The notes under the pieces were generated by a model. The model was not told the DNA's origin. It saw only the letters and a program-made list of their open reading frames with translations, and did not search any database. DNA of 64,000 nucleotides, from assembly GCA_001179505.1 (NCBI GenBank), contig CDMY01000235.1:1-64000 (forward strand). The letters are read 5' to 3'. Source of the DNA: Vitrella brassicaformis CCMP3155. Its lineage: Eukaryota > Protista > Chromerida. Of the stretch, positions 25,101 to 38,505 are shown in pieces. How positions within the stretch are numbered: position 1 is the first letter of the stretch; every line of letters begins with the position of its first letter. Made by a program: the position numbers and the translations under genes.

Positions 25101-28100
25101 GTGGGTTTGTGGCACAGCCTGATGGCTGGATGAATGAGTGGCTTGAGGGATATGACTGGGGGCCCTGCCGGGGCGTGGGTGACCTTTTTTCTCTCTTGGT
25201 GGGTGCGTGGGTGCGTGGGTGCGGCTGTCTGTCTGTCTGCAGGGTGAAGGAATATTATCAAGGGCACCATGAGAGTGTGTGTGTGTGAGTGTGTCCGCGT
25301 GTGTATGGAATCTAAGTATTGCTCTGGCGTACATGTGTGCTTGCCATCGTGTGCACGTCCCTTTTGTTTAGTGCAGCTGCCTTGCCTTGCCTTGCCTTGC
25401 TTTGCTTTGCCTCACCTCGTCTCCTCTCGTCTCACTCACCGCCTCCGCACCACTCACTCACCCCCGCCCTTTTGTCTGTCTTTCCGACCCACTCACTCAC
25501 CTCACCCATCTCTGTCCAGTGTAGTGCACTGTCATCCACCATACGTAAACACAGCAATGAATGCACCCTACCCATCGATGCAATCAATCAATCACATGAC
25601 TGGCCAACGGCAGAGACAGCGACGACAGGCAAGGCAGCTGGCTGCATCCGGCGGGGCGAGGTGGGGCGAGGCGAGGCGGGGAGGGACGGGTTCTCTTCTC
25701 TCTCCTCTCTCACTGCCTTCCCTGGTCTAGTCTTATCTCTCTTAGCTCGCCCGACTTTCTTGCGTACTGTAGATTGGGAGGGGGGGGGGGGGAGGAGGGG
25801 GGGCTGACACACTGACTGACTGACTTGTGTGCATGGACTCACTCACTCACTGAGTGGACCCAACTTTGATGGGTCGATCTATCGGCATGGTGGTGTTTGT
25901 GTCAGTCAATTTGAAGCTACCTACCTACGTGTGCACGGTGCGTGCCTGCCTGCCTGCCTGCCTACCTGAGTGTGAGAGACAGTCTGCTTGTCTGTGTGCG
26001 GGCGGGGAAGCGAGCGAGCCTTTTTGAGTCCACCCGAACTGACTGACTGACTGATGACTGCTGCATATATATGCGCTGTGAAATGAGTGTGTGTGCGTGT
26101 ATGGGGCGGTTGACTTTCGTGCGAACGCAGATAGAATGACTCGTTGAATGGTTACTTGCTTGTGTGTTGCTCGGGGGTCGAACCTTCCTACTCCGCACCG
26201 ACCGCACTGGCTATTGATTGCATCTGTGTGTGTCTCTACATGTGTGTGTGGCTATTTGAGACTGACTGATTGACTGAGTGACATGAGAGATTTTGCACCG
26301 CATCCCATCCATCCATCCATCCACGTATGGCTTACCCTTGCTCACATCCCTGACAGACACAAACCAGAGGCAGACTGGCAGGGAGGGCCCCTGTGCCCGC
26401 ATTCACAGCTTGACGTGCTGTGTATGCCTAATTGATTCGACTGACTCCACTCCCTCGCCCACTCACTGACTGATGCGTACCTACCTGCCTACCTACCTGC
26501 ATGTTCATGTCATGAGAGGGATGATACCATCCTCCATACCGCTAGGAACCTGGTCAATATGATGATGATGCTATTATGACGCGATCGATCCATTGATGGA
26601 GTGAGTGGGTGAGGGAGGGGCATACCGGTTGGTATGCGCTCACTGCACGAAGCCAGCCCAGCCCAGCCCAGCCCCTCAAAAAGGCGTGTCAGCTCCTCTC
26701 GTCTGTCCTCTTTGTCTAGCCAGCTGTCGACAAGTCACATGGGTGCAGGATTCCTTCCTACTGAGTGAGGTGGTTGGTGCCGGCGACACATTCAGACATA
26801 CATGAAGAGATGAAACTGACTGACTGACTGACTGCGTGCACGATTTTTCGACTGCCTGGGCGTTGACTGATGTCGGGCTTTGAATTTTGCTAATCTTGTG
26901 GTGTGTGTGGTTGGTGTGTTATGTGCCTCCTGCGTGCCGTGCCCATGAGATCGATCGGCAGTGTGTGGTGTGTGTGTGTGTGTGGTTTGGTGTTTTGTCG
27001 AAGAACAAACAAGGGAAGGGGGCCAGTTTTGTGATTCGGTGATTCACTTGCTCGTCCACCCACCCACCCGGTTCTCTGTCTGTCTGCCCACCTGCCTCCC
27101 TGTTATCGCTCTGTGCACCACACAAACCACACACACACACCACACACACCACACACACACACCACACACACCACACACACACACAGAGAGAGAGAGAGAG
27201 ACCCGCCTTCTCTTGTTTGTCTGCGCGATTCCGCCGTTCGTACTTGCGTATGTGTGGACACATCACATACATGACGTGACGTGACGTGACGGACACAAGA
27301 CCCCAAAACAGCCGTAAGAACGGGCCGGGCTGTCCCACTTGCTCGATGAATGCCTTCTCCTCTATCTGTTTGTCCGCTAGCTATGCTGTGCTGTGCTACC
27401 TCACTACCTTCCTACCTTCCTCCTTTACCTCCTTGCTCTTTGTTAGTCTACGCGCGCAGCTAGTGGGTGGATGAGTGCACTCAATGCCTCCATGTCATGT
27501 GTGTATGTGTGTATGTGCCTCCCTCGCCGACGGCAGTGCAGCTGCCTTCTACTGCCTCCCTCCATTCCTGACCTGCATGACATGAACACGTGGATGTGTG
27601 AGCCGTGTAAGTATTACCATGACCATGATGGGTTCTATGCACTGCTCTGCTCTGCTGCGCCCGGACTAGCCAGAAGCCTACGTATCGGTACATAGCAATC
27701 CCTGGTTTTATTCCGAGTGAGGTCAGTCAGTGAGCATACCATAGCTGCCCCTCTGACTGCATGTGCCCGCCAGAAACGGGGCCCTGCCGTGCCTGCACAC
27801 AACCAAAGGCAAGCGGTGGTCGAACCGAAAAAAGCTGGCGTGGCACGTGCAGGTGGGCGGGATGGATGGATGGATGGTTGGCGGGCTGCTATGCTAGGGG
27901 CGGGCGGATGCTGATTGTCGGTTTTGTACGTACCAGTGCACTACACTCCACTCTGCTCAACTGCATGCCACTCACTTGCTTGCTTAGGTACCTGACTGAC
28001 ATCCATGTCTTGTCTTGCCTCGCCTTGCCTCGTTGTCTCCGTGTCTTATCGGTTTATTTGTCGATCGATCAACCGCCAATTGCATTGCATGCACACTTCC

Positions 28101-30171
28101 TTCCTGCCTTCCATGGGTGGGCGGATGGAGAGAGAACAGGACAGGTCTATGGCCCCACACCACCCCCGACCCCCCACCCCCAACCAATCGCTTCGCCCCC
28201 CTTCTCTGCGTGCCTACATGTGCCTCACTCACTCACACGCTCAACACAATTTGCTCCTGCGTGCGTGCAGTGTGTGGCTTGTTGAATGCGGATTGCATGT
28301 GCTGTGTTGGCTGGCGGGGGGGCCTACCAAGGGGTGTCGCGTGTCGGTTCTTGTTTTTAGGGCGTGAGGTAGGACCTTCTGCGGCCGGCCGGCGCGGCGG
28401 GCGGGCGGGCGGGGGGGAACGTGCTGCCGGTTGTGCAACCAATCTTTTGGTCGATTCACACTGGGGGTGCGGCGGGTTCATAGTATCGCTCATTCTATCC
28501 ATCTGACTATATACTGACTGACTACTGACTGTGTGCATCTCTCAGCTTTGCCCTTGCGCACCGCACAAGGAACATTTGATCTTCTCTCTCTCTTACTCAC
28601 TCACTCAGCCATCGATCCATTCATACGCGCACTATGTATGTATGTATGTCTCCCTCACGTACGTATACTTGCTTGCGTACTCACTCGCCGTGTGTCCATA
28701 TCATTTTGCGTGGTGTGTGCGCATCCCATCCACCCATCCATCCATCCATCTCTGTCTGTCTGAGCGGCGCTGATCCCCTCCCTGTGTCTGCGTGTCACTC
28801 TCCCCTATGAGCCAGTCAGGTCAGGTCAGATCAGGTAGTCTTTTTCTTATTTATCATGCGTGGCACACCCCCACAGATGGATCACGGGATCCCGTCCCGT
28901 GTGTCTGTGTGTGCCATGCATCTCGTTAGCACCATCAATCTATGACGTCTCGATTTCCATTCCTTCAGTCCTCACTAGTGCTTTACTATCCGCCGGCCAC
29001 TGCAGATCGAGGAAGGAAGGTTGCTATTTAACTGGCTGAGCGAGCGAGAGCGGGATATATGATGATATGATGTGTCATGCTATGCGTGTGTGGTGTGGTG
29101 TGCAGTGAAGGGCTCAGGCAAAGACCGGTGGCAACCAGAGCTGACAGGACAGGCAGGAGGAGGGCTGACCCGTTGGGCTGGACGGTCTTTTCTGAGAGCG
29201 ATGACACACATGCGATATGCATGCGGGCGGCATCGTGTGGGCGGTTGGGCGAGTGCAAGCAGTACATTCTGCACGCTGTGGGGGAGGGGGGAGAGGAAGG
29301 GCCATACAGGGAAGGACACAGACAGGTCGTCGAGGGTCTGAGCTTCCTAGCAAGCAAGGTGCGTAGGTCGTAGTGTGGGCGTCTCCGTCTCCCTCCCTCC
29401 CCCTTGCCGGCTCCTTTGCTGGCCGTTTGCTCACTCACTCGTGTCCCCTCGACGCGTACTCGCTCGATGTGTGCATGTCCGTGAGTGTGCATGATCATCG
29501 TATGATTCCACTTGAAGATGCATCGGGGACTGTGGGTGGTACGTGCCCTGACTGACTGCCTGACTGAGTGGCCGGTATTTGTGCATGCTGCGTGCCATAC
29601 GTGCGTCCATGACTTGCCTGACTCACTAGCTAGCTGGCTTGCTGTCTGCTGCCTCCACTCCATGATCATGAAGTGTGTGGGTGCTATACATGCTGCCCGC
29701 CTGCCTGCCTGCCTGGATGGGTGAGTGAGTGAGTGGGTGGATGGATGGATGGGAAAAGATCGACCTGATCGTGTCTGTTTGCGCGAAGGAAGTGAATGGA
29801 GGACGGACACAATCAGTGGTGCGTGCATTTTGCCTGGCTCGGAACGACACTGGTGTACATGCATGCATTGTCATTGTGCTGCACAAACAAAGCTACCAAG
29901 GGCCCCAACAGTACGTACGTGTCAAACACGCACTCACACATGTATTATACATCAACGTACATTAAACAAATCCATGTACACACACACATGTATGTCCACA
30001 TGTGTATGTACACATTGTACACACACACACGCGTACGTGTCTCTCTGCCTTCGATCGGTCTTCCTCTCGCTCGGTCGGTCAATCAGTCGGTCAATTGGTT
30101 GATTGATTCACCGCTTGTGAGTGAGCGACTGAGTGCCGACAGACAGACAGACAGCCATCCATTGATCGGTC
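22129..30171. repeat. ~8 kb gene-free tract dense in microsatellites (CA, GGAT, TGCC, TGAC, CAGA, pentamers)
   Basis: ORFs here are translations of simple repeats (VCVC, THTH, WMDG). No coherent exon chain or domain found. Confidence 0.7.
23921..23955. repeat. (GCGTT)7 pentanucleotide microsatellite
   Basis: Read directly from the sequence. Confidence 0.95.
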
Positions 30172-31641
30172 ATGTCGACTGAGCAGCAGGAGGGCGGTGC
30201 ACCTGAGCGTGTGCCTCTGCTGGGTGGTCTGCTGGGCGGCGGCCTGACGTCGACGTTCGAGTGGTTCCCGCGGTCCAAGGGCATTGCCGGGTGGGATGTG
30301 CGCGAGAGTTGTGTGCTGATCGGGCTGCTGCAGCTGGTGGTGGCCTTCATCCTGCACGAGACCATCGAGTACTTCAGGCCTGGCCTGCCGGGCGTCAAGC
30401 TCTTCCTGCTCGCCTACTTCGTTGCCGTCGGCACCATCATGTGAGTACTCACACACAGCTAGCTGCAGACACACACACACACACACAGAGAGAGAGGGAG
30501 ACATGGATGGATGGATGGATGTGAATGTGTGTGTTGATGTGTGTGGAGGGCCGTGTCTGCGTTCCTCCGCAACCTTACGGGGAGCTCTGTGTCTCTGGCG
30601 CTGCTGCTGCTCGCGTTGGTGTTCGTCTTGATGGTCACCGTACAATGCGCAAACATGTGATGATAAACACAGACACACGACACGACACTCTCTCACTTGT
30701 CTGTCTCTCTATCTCTCTCTCTGTCTTCTGCGTGTCAGCTACTACTTCTATCCGCCGCCACCGTAACACACACACACACACGACAGGACACGAGACTAGA
30801 GAGACACACACACACCTGCACGGACCTCTCTCCATGTCTCTGGTTTGTGTGTGTGATGCATCCAGTGAGTTCACAGAGGTGCCGGCCGCCAAGTCCAAGC
30901 CGCCCGCCTCCCACTCACTGATGCTCGACCTCAGCCCGGCCACTCCCGCTCTCACGGACGTGGACGTGCCACCCCCGCCAGCAGCGATGGTGGACGAACT
31001 CGACAAGGTCCTGTTGCAACTCAGCCCAAGATTCAAGCAGCAGCAGCAGCAGCAGCAGCAGAGTGACGGGCACACGGCCATCCGCGGCACACAACACGCT
31101 CAGACACAGACACGCGCCAAGTATCCCGACAAAGGTCAAGAAAACCAATTAGAACACACCATGAGACACGAAGCACATAGCCATCTCTCTCTCTCTCTGT
31201 ATCTGTGTGTGTAGATTACGGTGCCGGTGCGGCTGATGCGGAGGAGGTCTCGGCTCGGGACCTGCCGCGCGAAGTCGATGTGCTGCCCGAAGGTACTATG
31301 TAATGTCACTCATCCAGCCTGTGTGTCATGTGGATGTGTGTGTCGCCTTGGTCGGTTAATCAGATGAGGAGTTGGAGGTTGCATCGATCGCGAAGATCGT
31401 CAAGAGCGCCGTCCGCTTCGGATTCATCCTCGTCTTCATCATACTCCTCCTCGCCTACTGCGCATTGCAACTAACGCCACACACACACACACCAAAACGG
31501 CATGCTCCTTCTCTCACTGTCGTGGATGTCTGTATGTGTGTTGTGTCAGTGTCCATGTGTGGTTCACATTCCTGCTGCAGGGCTGCAAGAAAGAACATCA
31601 CATCAGCAGCCGGACCAGCACAGTTCGAAGCCAAGGCGTGA
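30172..31641 (+). CDS. Hypothetical multi-pass membrane protein with a poly-Q loop (3' end uncertain)
   Basis: Hydrophobic segments VLIGLLQLVVAFIL, LFLLAYFVAVGTIM, LALLLLALVFVLMV and FGFILVFIILLLAY in GC3-rich exons separated by GT-AG introns. Confidence 0.55.
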
Positions 31642-32217
31642 GTGAATCCGCCAAACCCACCAACCAACGAAGAGACACACACCCGACAGACAGACAAATG
31701 GATGGATGGATGGATGGGTGGTGTGAATGGATGAAGAGACGCACATGAGAGATGGCTGCATGCACCAACAGACATTGATTGCCATCACGTCAACAAGTCA
31801 TTCTCACACCTTTGGGGCAGATCTGTGCACGGCTGTCACTGGACCAACGGATTGACGTTCAGTGCAAACAAACACATGAATGAATGCATTGCGCCGCGCC
31901 CAAAGAATCATATCAGTGTATCCGATCTCCGACCGACTGTCTGTGTGTGCAACAGACAGACAGACAGACACACGAACGAGGACAACGCCGTGCCCACATG
32001 CACGCATGAGTCCAGCCACGCGCGTCAACGTGAAGGTTTCAATTCGATGCGCATGCATATGACACAGAAAGATCTGCCGCCTCGGCTGTCAAACTGTCGT
32101 GCGCGTGTTCAGCCCCAGTGCAGTTTCACTGGCTGCAGATCGACCAGTGACGATCAGCCACGAACTCTTCCTGCTGCCTCACAACCCTTTCTCCTTCAGT
32201 GCACCTCTCTCAGGGCC

Positions 32218-33862
32218 ATGATGTCCCTTTCCTTCAGCCTGATCTCTCTCTTGTGCGTCCTCTGTGGTGCTGCCGCCTTCGACCTCGACAGCTTCGCCCG
32301 CTTCGTGCCGACAGAGAGCAGCAGCAGCGATGTGAAGCTGTCATTCAGCCATCAGCAGACCACTCAGCTGACCGACAGTGACGAGAGAGAGGCCACCTTT
32401 GTGAGCTCTCTCTTTCCCCTCTTCCCAGGCGATGTTCTCAACACGTGAGGCACTCACACACAACATCGCACCGCAAGGCTGCACTACATGTTTGCTCTTG
32501 CTTGTAGGTATCCCTTTGACGTGCCGATTCCCTTCCCGCAACAGCCGATGGCAATTCGGTCTCTATGGGGCGAAATTGTCGACGATGAGAACGTCAGCGT
32601 GCCCCTCGATGAGGTAATGCGTCAAGGCCACACCCACACACATACACAAATGCAGCTGAAGGTTTGTGTGTGTGTCTTCAGGTCTACACGCACCACTGGT
32701 TCCTGACCTACACGATGCCCGGCGACGATAGCAGAAACCTCACACGCGCAATGACACGCGCACTCGCTGTGGGCGCCGAGTCCAGGGGTCAGTTACCACT
32801 GCACACACAGGCAGGATTGTCCACTGCATGCGCGGCCTGTTCGTTGCTCTGTCAGGCACGCCGATAGTATCGCTGAGCGCTCCTTTTGCCTTCACGACGA
32901 CCGGTGAGGAGTCCTGGTGGCTCAACATGCACCTGCTGAGGACCGACAATGTGACCAATGTGCCAGCCTGCATTCAGGTGATCACGACACAGACACACAA
33001 CACACCAATTGGCCAGGCAATGCTGCTTGTTTGTGCCCTTCAGTGCCGCTGCGCCCCCGACGGCCGTCACGGGTCGCTCAGCTGCTGCCAAGACGGCACG
33101 CACTGCCACACATCATTCGACCCGTTCGTGACGGCCAGCGACTCTGACTTCTTTGACGACCCCGCCCACTGCCCAGACTGCAACTCCAACACAGAAGACA
33201 TCTTCGGGCCGCCGATCCGCAACTTCATCCCTCGCCCAGCCGCCAAGTACTACCGCGTCAGGTACACTGTCCGCTACGGCGAGGTCACCCCCGACGTCAA
33301 GCCGGTCCGCGCCAACATGGGCATCGACATCGTCAAGGGCAAACAGGAGTACAACGTCTTCCCATGCGCCCGCAAGGAGAGTGCGGCCCTTGCGCCTCTC
33401 GCAGCCATGAAGCAGCGGCGCCTACTGCTCAGTGGGGAGGACAGCGAGTGTGTCGACACCAAGAGGGCGACGGTCGTCGTCAACCAGCCCTTCCATCTGA
33501 TCAACGTCCGCTCACACCTGCATGTGGGCGCCATAAGTGCTTCTCTGGCCGGCGTGAGGGAGGAGTGGCAGTGCGACCTGCGGGCCATCTATGGCACCAC
33601 GCCACGCAAGGCCGGCGACGAGCTGGGCTATGTGACGGGCATCACCCAGTGCTACTACGGTGAGGGCGAGAGGATGCTGCAGAGGGGTGACTTACTGCGG
33701 GCGACGGTCCACTACAGGCGGGACAAGCACTACGCCGGCGTGATGGGCGCTGTTCTGTTGGTGGGGTACTACCCCGGCGACACGGCGGCATCGACGTCAT
33801 GGGAATTCTCGGTCACGCAGGTGTCCTATGTCAACGAGACGGACAGCGATGTGCGTGTGTGA
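32218..33862 (+). CDS. Secreted SURNod19-like / PHM-fold putative copper protein
   Basis: N-terminal signal peptide ([20 protein letters not shown]) and family-like motifs VPLDE|VYTHHW, GAESR, CRC...[18 protein letters not shown] and YAGVMG. Confidence 0.78.
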
Positions 33863-35257
33863 ATGTGTGATTGTGTGAGGGGAGAGATGTTAAGATGAGA
33901 TTGAGTCGTGCCTGTGGGTGGGTATGTCAAGCGGTCCACTGTGATGACGGACTCGAACTCCACTTGATGGCGTCGTGTCATTCGCCACCGAGTGAGCTTT
34001 GTGGCCGTCGGCTCAGTGGATCTCGTGACACGACCCACACACGCAATGCGATGGATGCATTTGAGATGCGGGCCGGGCCGTTTTGCCGTTTTTGATGCAT
34101 GTATGTGTCTGTGTGTGTGTGTCCAGCGGTGTGGTGTTGGTGTGACTCAAAGATGAGATCAGTGTCAGTGGCAATGTCGTCCATTGGGTGCATTCATTGC
34201 ATCGATGAGCTTCCTCATTGGGAGGGGGAAGATGCAGCGGGGCCGTGTAAGCCGTATAAGCCATCTTTTTCCGGATCGTGTGTGCGTGGTGCAATGATTG
34301 ATGGAGTGTTGTGTTGTGTTGGTTGGGAGCGAGGGTCGCTAGCCTGGGTTTGTGGGCGCCAAGCGCAGTTAGCCGAGACGTCTATCTATGGGTAGGTAGC
34401 GGACTCGTCGACGTCTATCTGAGTAGCGATGTGCATCACACTGACGGACTCGTCGACGTTGTCGTCAATAGGACAGATTGACCAAATGCCCGTCCATGTG
34501 TGTGTGAAATTTTGTGTGTCAGGTGGGTTTGTCCTTTCCTCCTCGCTGCTGCACGTCGTCTTGTGTGTCGGTTCGTTCCGTCCCACAGACTTCGTGTGTG
34601 AGTGGGGGGTGGAGGGATCCCAGAGGACACAGACGAGAGAGAGAATGGCCGACACCCTTGTCAGTCAGCCTGACAGCCAGTCCACGGGTTACTCGGGACC
34701 CTTTCTGTGTGTGATTGACGTGTGTCCTTTGTGTTATCCTCTGAGTGCGGCTGCGTCCTTTGGTCGTGTTGTGTGTATCGTGCCTCATTACTGTGATGGC
34801 TCAGTGGTGGGGCTCCGTACACAGACGCCGGCTGAAGGACGCACACGTGCGAGAGGGATGACTGGTGCGATGGACGACCATATCAATATCGGTGCAGTGC
34901 AGCTGACAGGTGGATGTAGACACTCTGCGATGCCTTTTCTCATTCATCGTCGATCAGTGTAGGTGAGAAATACGCGGCCATGTCGTCTCTCCCCGCCCCC
35001 CCATCCAAAACGCAAAGTGCCTCCCTCTCCTGCATTGCATTGCAATGCATTCATCAAACTGTCAGTCAGGGCAATGCATTCATATCATTGAGCCACGTAT
35101 ATCATCTTCCTGTCTACACCGCACGCCACGCAAACAACACCTCAGAGAGACAGGACACGAGAAGCCATCTTAGATATCTATCGACAGACATCCCTCACAT
35201 CCCTCACAAAATCGAAGCTGTCTACTCACATACACAGACACAGACAGCCAGTCGCTG

Positions 35258-36816
35258 TCATGCCACTGGCACTTGTGCGGGCATGGGCAGGGCCTCCCGC
35301 TTCTTGTGCCGCTCCAGCAGCACGTTGGACAGCACCGAGTCGATTACGATCTGCCCCAGCTGGCCGAGGATCATACCGATGATCAGCATACCCTTGCTCC
35401 CTGCCGAGGGCGGCAGCACCTCCAGCACGGTGATGCCCACAATGAGGGCCTTCCCTGAGCAGGACAGCACCAGGGTACGCGCAACATCTACACGCAAACA
35501 CACATACAGATAGAGAGAGAGACACACTGGTCAGTCAATTCACATGGTCGCAAACGGCAAAGCTGTCGTGGCTCTTATCTTACATCCCGGGAAGCGGAAC
35601 AGGAGACACACAGCAGCGTTGAGCAGTAGGTACACCACGTGCAGCCCCACACCCAGGCAGGCAGCTGCAATCAGCACGTCAGCCGTCAGGCGGTCAAGCT
35701 GCAGGCACGCAAAACACCCACACACAAATGCAGCACCCATCGACGGCCCAATGCCATCCTTCTCAGCACCTTGTCCGCTGTCCGACTGACGTTGAGCCAC
35801 ACGAGCACCAGCACCACCACACTCGGGGTCGGCCGAAACGCCTTGCTCTGGAAGAACGGCTTGACTCGCGGGATGTAGCTGACCGCCTTGCCGACCACCA
35901 TTGGCACCAGCCGCAGGTACAGGAGGGCCAGGAAAATATTGAGGGGGTCAATCTTGACCGCCACATCGTGTTGTAGGCGCGTGCTGCCCGGGTCCTCGGC
36001 TTGCTCCAGGCGAAAGAGCAGCGGCACGGATATGGGCAGCGTGAAGGAGACGAGCAGTGAGCAGACGGTAGATATCATGATGCCCAAGGCGACGTTGCCT
36101 TTGGCCGTCCTCGTGAAGATGATGGATGTGGTGAAGTTGTTGGGCGTCAAGGTGAAGAGGCCGACCCCCATGACGAGCCCCACTGGCCGCAAGGGAATGA
36201 GCACCACTGCAAAGCCGAGCAGCGGCGTGATGACGAGCACGGAAACGATGCCGTAGAGCGATGCCTTCCAATTCTTGAGGCCGTCCCATACCTCCCCCAA
36301 CTTGAGGTTCAGACCATTCTGCACACACACGCAGTGCATCAAGAATGGACTGGATGGACGGGCTCCTGGTTGCCTGAAAGAGCTTACGAGGAAGAAGACT
36401 GTGACGATGCATAGATCGAAGATCAAATTGGGGGGAACTTTGCTGCCCGCTCCCCCGTCCAGCCAGATGCCCGGCTCAGGGACGAAGCACGAGAAGACAA
36501 TCACCGCCACGAGACCAATCGCCAAATGGTTGGCAATCATAACACGCCAGCACCTGGCCGCAATCCTCTTGGCCGCATAGCGGTCGAAGCAGGGGCCTTG
36601 CAGCCACTGAAGTGTCGGTGGCCGCTGCGCCAGATCTCTCTGTGGCGCCGCCGTCGCGTTGTCAGCGTGTTCTGCCGTGGCTGCACCCCCCTGTGGGGGA
36701 GGGGCTGTTGACGCGTGAACGGGCGGCTTGCTTGGGGCGATGCTCTGCTTGCGTGTTGCGCTGCGCTCTTCAGTGGCCGATGAGTGCTGATCTGGCGGCT
36801 TGACCTCAGTCTCCAT
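35258..36816 (-). CDS. Bile acid:sodium symporter family (SBF-like, BASS4/SLC10A7-like) transporter
   Basis: FFL|NGLNLKLGEV, VITPLLGF, TSIIFTRTAKGNVALGIMISTVCSLL, LVPMVVGK and QLGQIVIDSVL; about 9-10 TM segments; 4 exons. Confidence 0.85.
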
Positions 36817-37027
36817 CCCACTGCTGCGAGATCAGCGTCAAATCGATTTGGGTGCCTGCCGCGTACGTTTCCGCCTCCATTTTCCCTCTTCCCTTCTTCT
36901 CCGCCTCCCGCGATCGCTCTCAAGCTCGCGTTCTCTCCCGATCTCTTCGCACGCCTCTCCCCTTCTCTTGCCTGCCCCCTTTGCCTCCTACCAGATTCAG
37001 GGGAGATCCCTGCTTGATGAAACCAAT
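36817..37027. promoter_or_regulatory. Putative bidirectional promoter (211 bp), pyrimidine-rich, AGCTCGC at 36923
   Basis: Divergent ATGs at 36816 (-) and 37028 (+). Confidence 0.55.
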
Positions 37028-38505
37028 ATGGCACTCCAGCACGTTCAATCTGAACTCCTCCTGCATCGAACGCTATCTGATGACGGCGCCGCTGTGCTGC
37101 AGGCCCTCATGGCCAGCACGAGGGGCCAGAAGATCCTCGTCAAGGCACTTCACGCAGGCCTCAGGTGAGCAGCAGCATCAGAGGGCAAGGGTGGTGACTG
37201 CGCTTGTCTGCAGATTATTGGCTCCTGCTGTGTGTGTTGTTTGTGCAGATCAGGCGCTGTGTCGCCAAAAGCCTTGCTGCACGGCACAGCACTGAGTGGT
37301 GTCTTACTGGAGCCGGCGGCAAACATCCCCACCATCCCTCTGCCCGAAGTGTTTCTGGCGTCCATGCTGGACTACCTCACCGGCGACGAGCTGCCCTATG
37401 CGCAGTAAGCAGATCCACCTGTGGATGGGGTGCTTGGTGGCATATCACATCTCCTCGCGCCTATTTTGCTTGCTGTGTGTCACTGTCTGTCAGGACGTGT
37501 CGATATCTGTACGAGACGTTCGTCAATGGTGGCGCCCTCCGCGTGACCCTCTCGCCCCGCAGCCCCCTCATCGCCCCCCTCAGACACGACTCACCCTCCC
37601 ACCTCCACCAAACCATCAAGCGCCTCATCCGACTGCGGCCCTCGGGCGTCAGGCATCTCACCGTCGTGGTCCCTGTCCATCGGGACAACCCGAAGGACCT
37701 GCCCTCGCTGCTCAACAAGCTCATCCAGGCCCTTTGCTTGAGCGTGGAGATCAGCGGGTCGGTGACGCTGTCGTCGCTTGACGTGACGGCCCCGTGCGCC
37801 GTGGACGGGCAAGTGATGGAAACCGTGCTCGGCCGGCACGCATCGACACTCCGACGGCTGCGGCTCGTGCGCACACGCCCCACCCCCGCCCCCAGGCCCA
37901 CCTGCCCACCCCGTCCCCTCACGCCGTACTGCCCCCTCCCCCTCCTGGAGGACCTGACGCTGGACGGATATGCCCTCACCAGGGCAGACGGATGCACCAA
38001 CGCTATCAGCGAAGTCGCCGTTACGGCACCAGCCAACGGAGCGATTACACCCTTGCTGCCGCTGCAGAGCTTCTCGATCCTCCCGGCCAATCCATCAAAC
38101 CTGCTGGACGCCTCCTTCATCCAGGACTGGGGTGACGTCCTGCAGGCATCGATGCACCACCCCTCCCTCCGCTCCCTCTGTGTCCCGTGCCTTCGACTGG
38201 AGCCCCTCAAGGCCCTCATGGACGACCGCACGGCCATCCCGAGACTGTCCTCCATCGGGTGGATTCCGGTGTCGGCCGACGGGCACGTGCTGGGCCGGAG
38301 GGAGGGGGGCGAGACGGTGACGATCGGCCATGTGGCGGCCAGGTGGCCGTCGGTGTCGGTGCTGATGGTGCTGGGGAAGGGCGGGATGGGGGGACATGTG
38401 AGGGCCATCGATGGGTTCGTGCGGGTGTGGTGTGGGAGGGGCAGCTGGGGCGGGTGGGTGAGGAGCAAGTGGAGGAGGAAGGAGGGGGGGTCTCATTTCA
38501 TGTGA
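37028..38505 (+). CDS. Hypothetical protein with a degenerate F-box-like motif followed by LRR-like repeats
   Basis: Spliced PLPEVFLASMLDYLTGDELPYA|xRTCRYLYE, then LxxLxL segments (LRRLRLV, LEDLTLD, LQSFSIL, LRSLCVP). Introns at about 37165-37250 and 37405-37493. Confidence 0.62.

Noticed and set aside
29028-29864. 278-aa minus-strand ORF and many other 60-170 aa ORFs in 22-30 kb
   Set aside because: They are translations of microsatellites (HPSIH, THSL, VCVC) with no codon bias or splice structure
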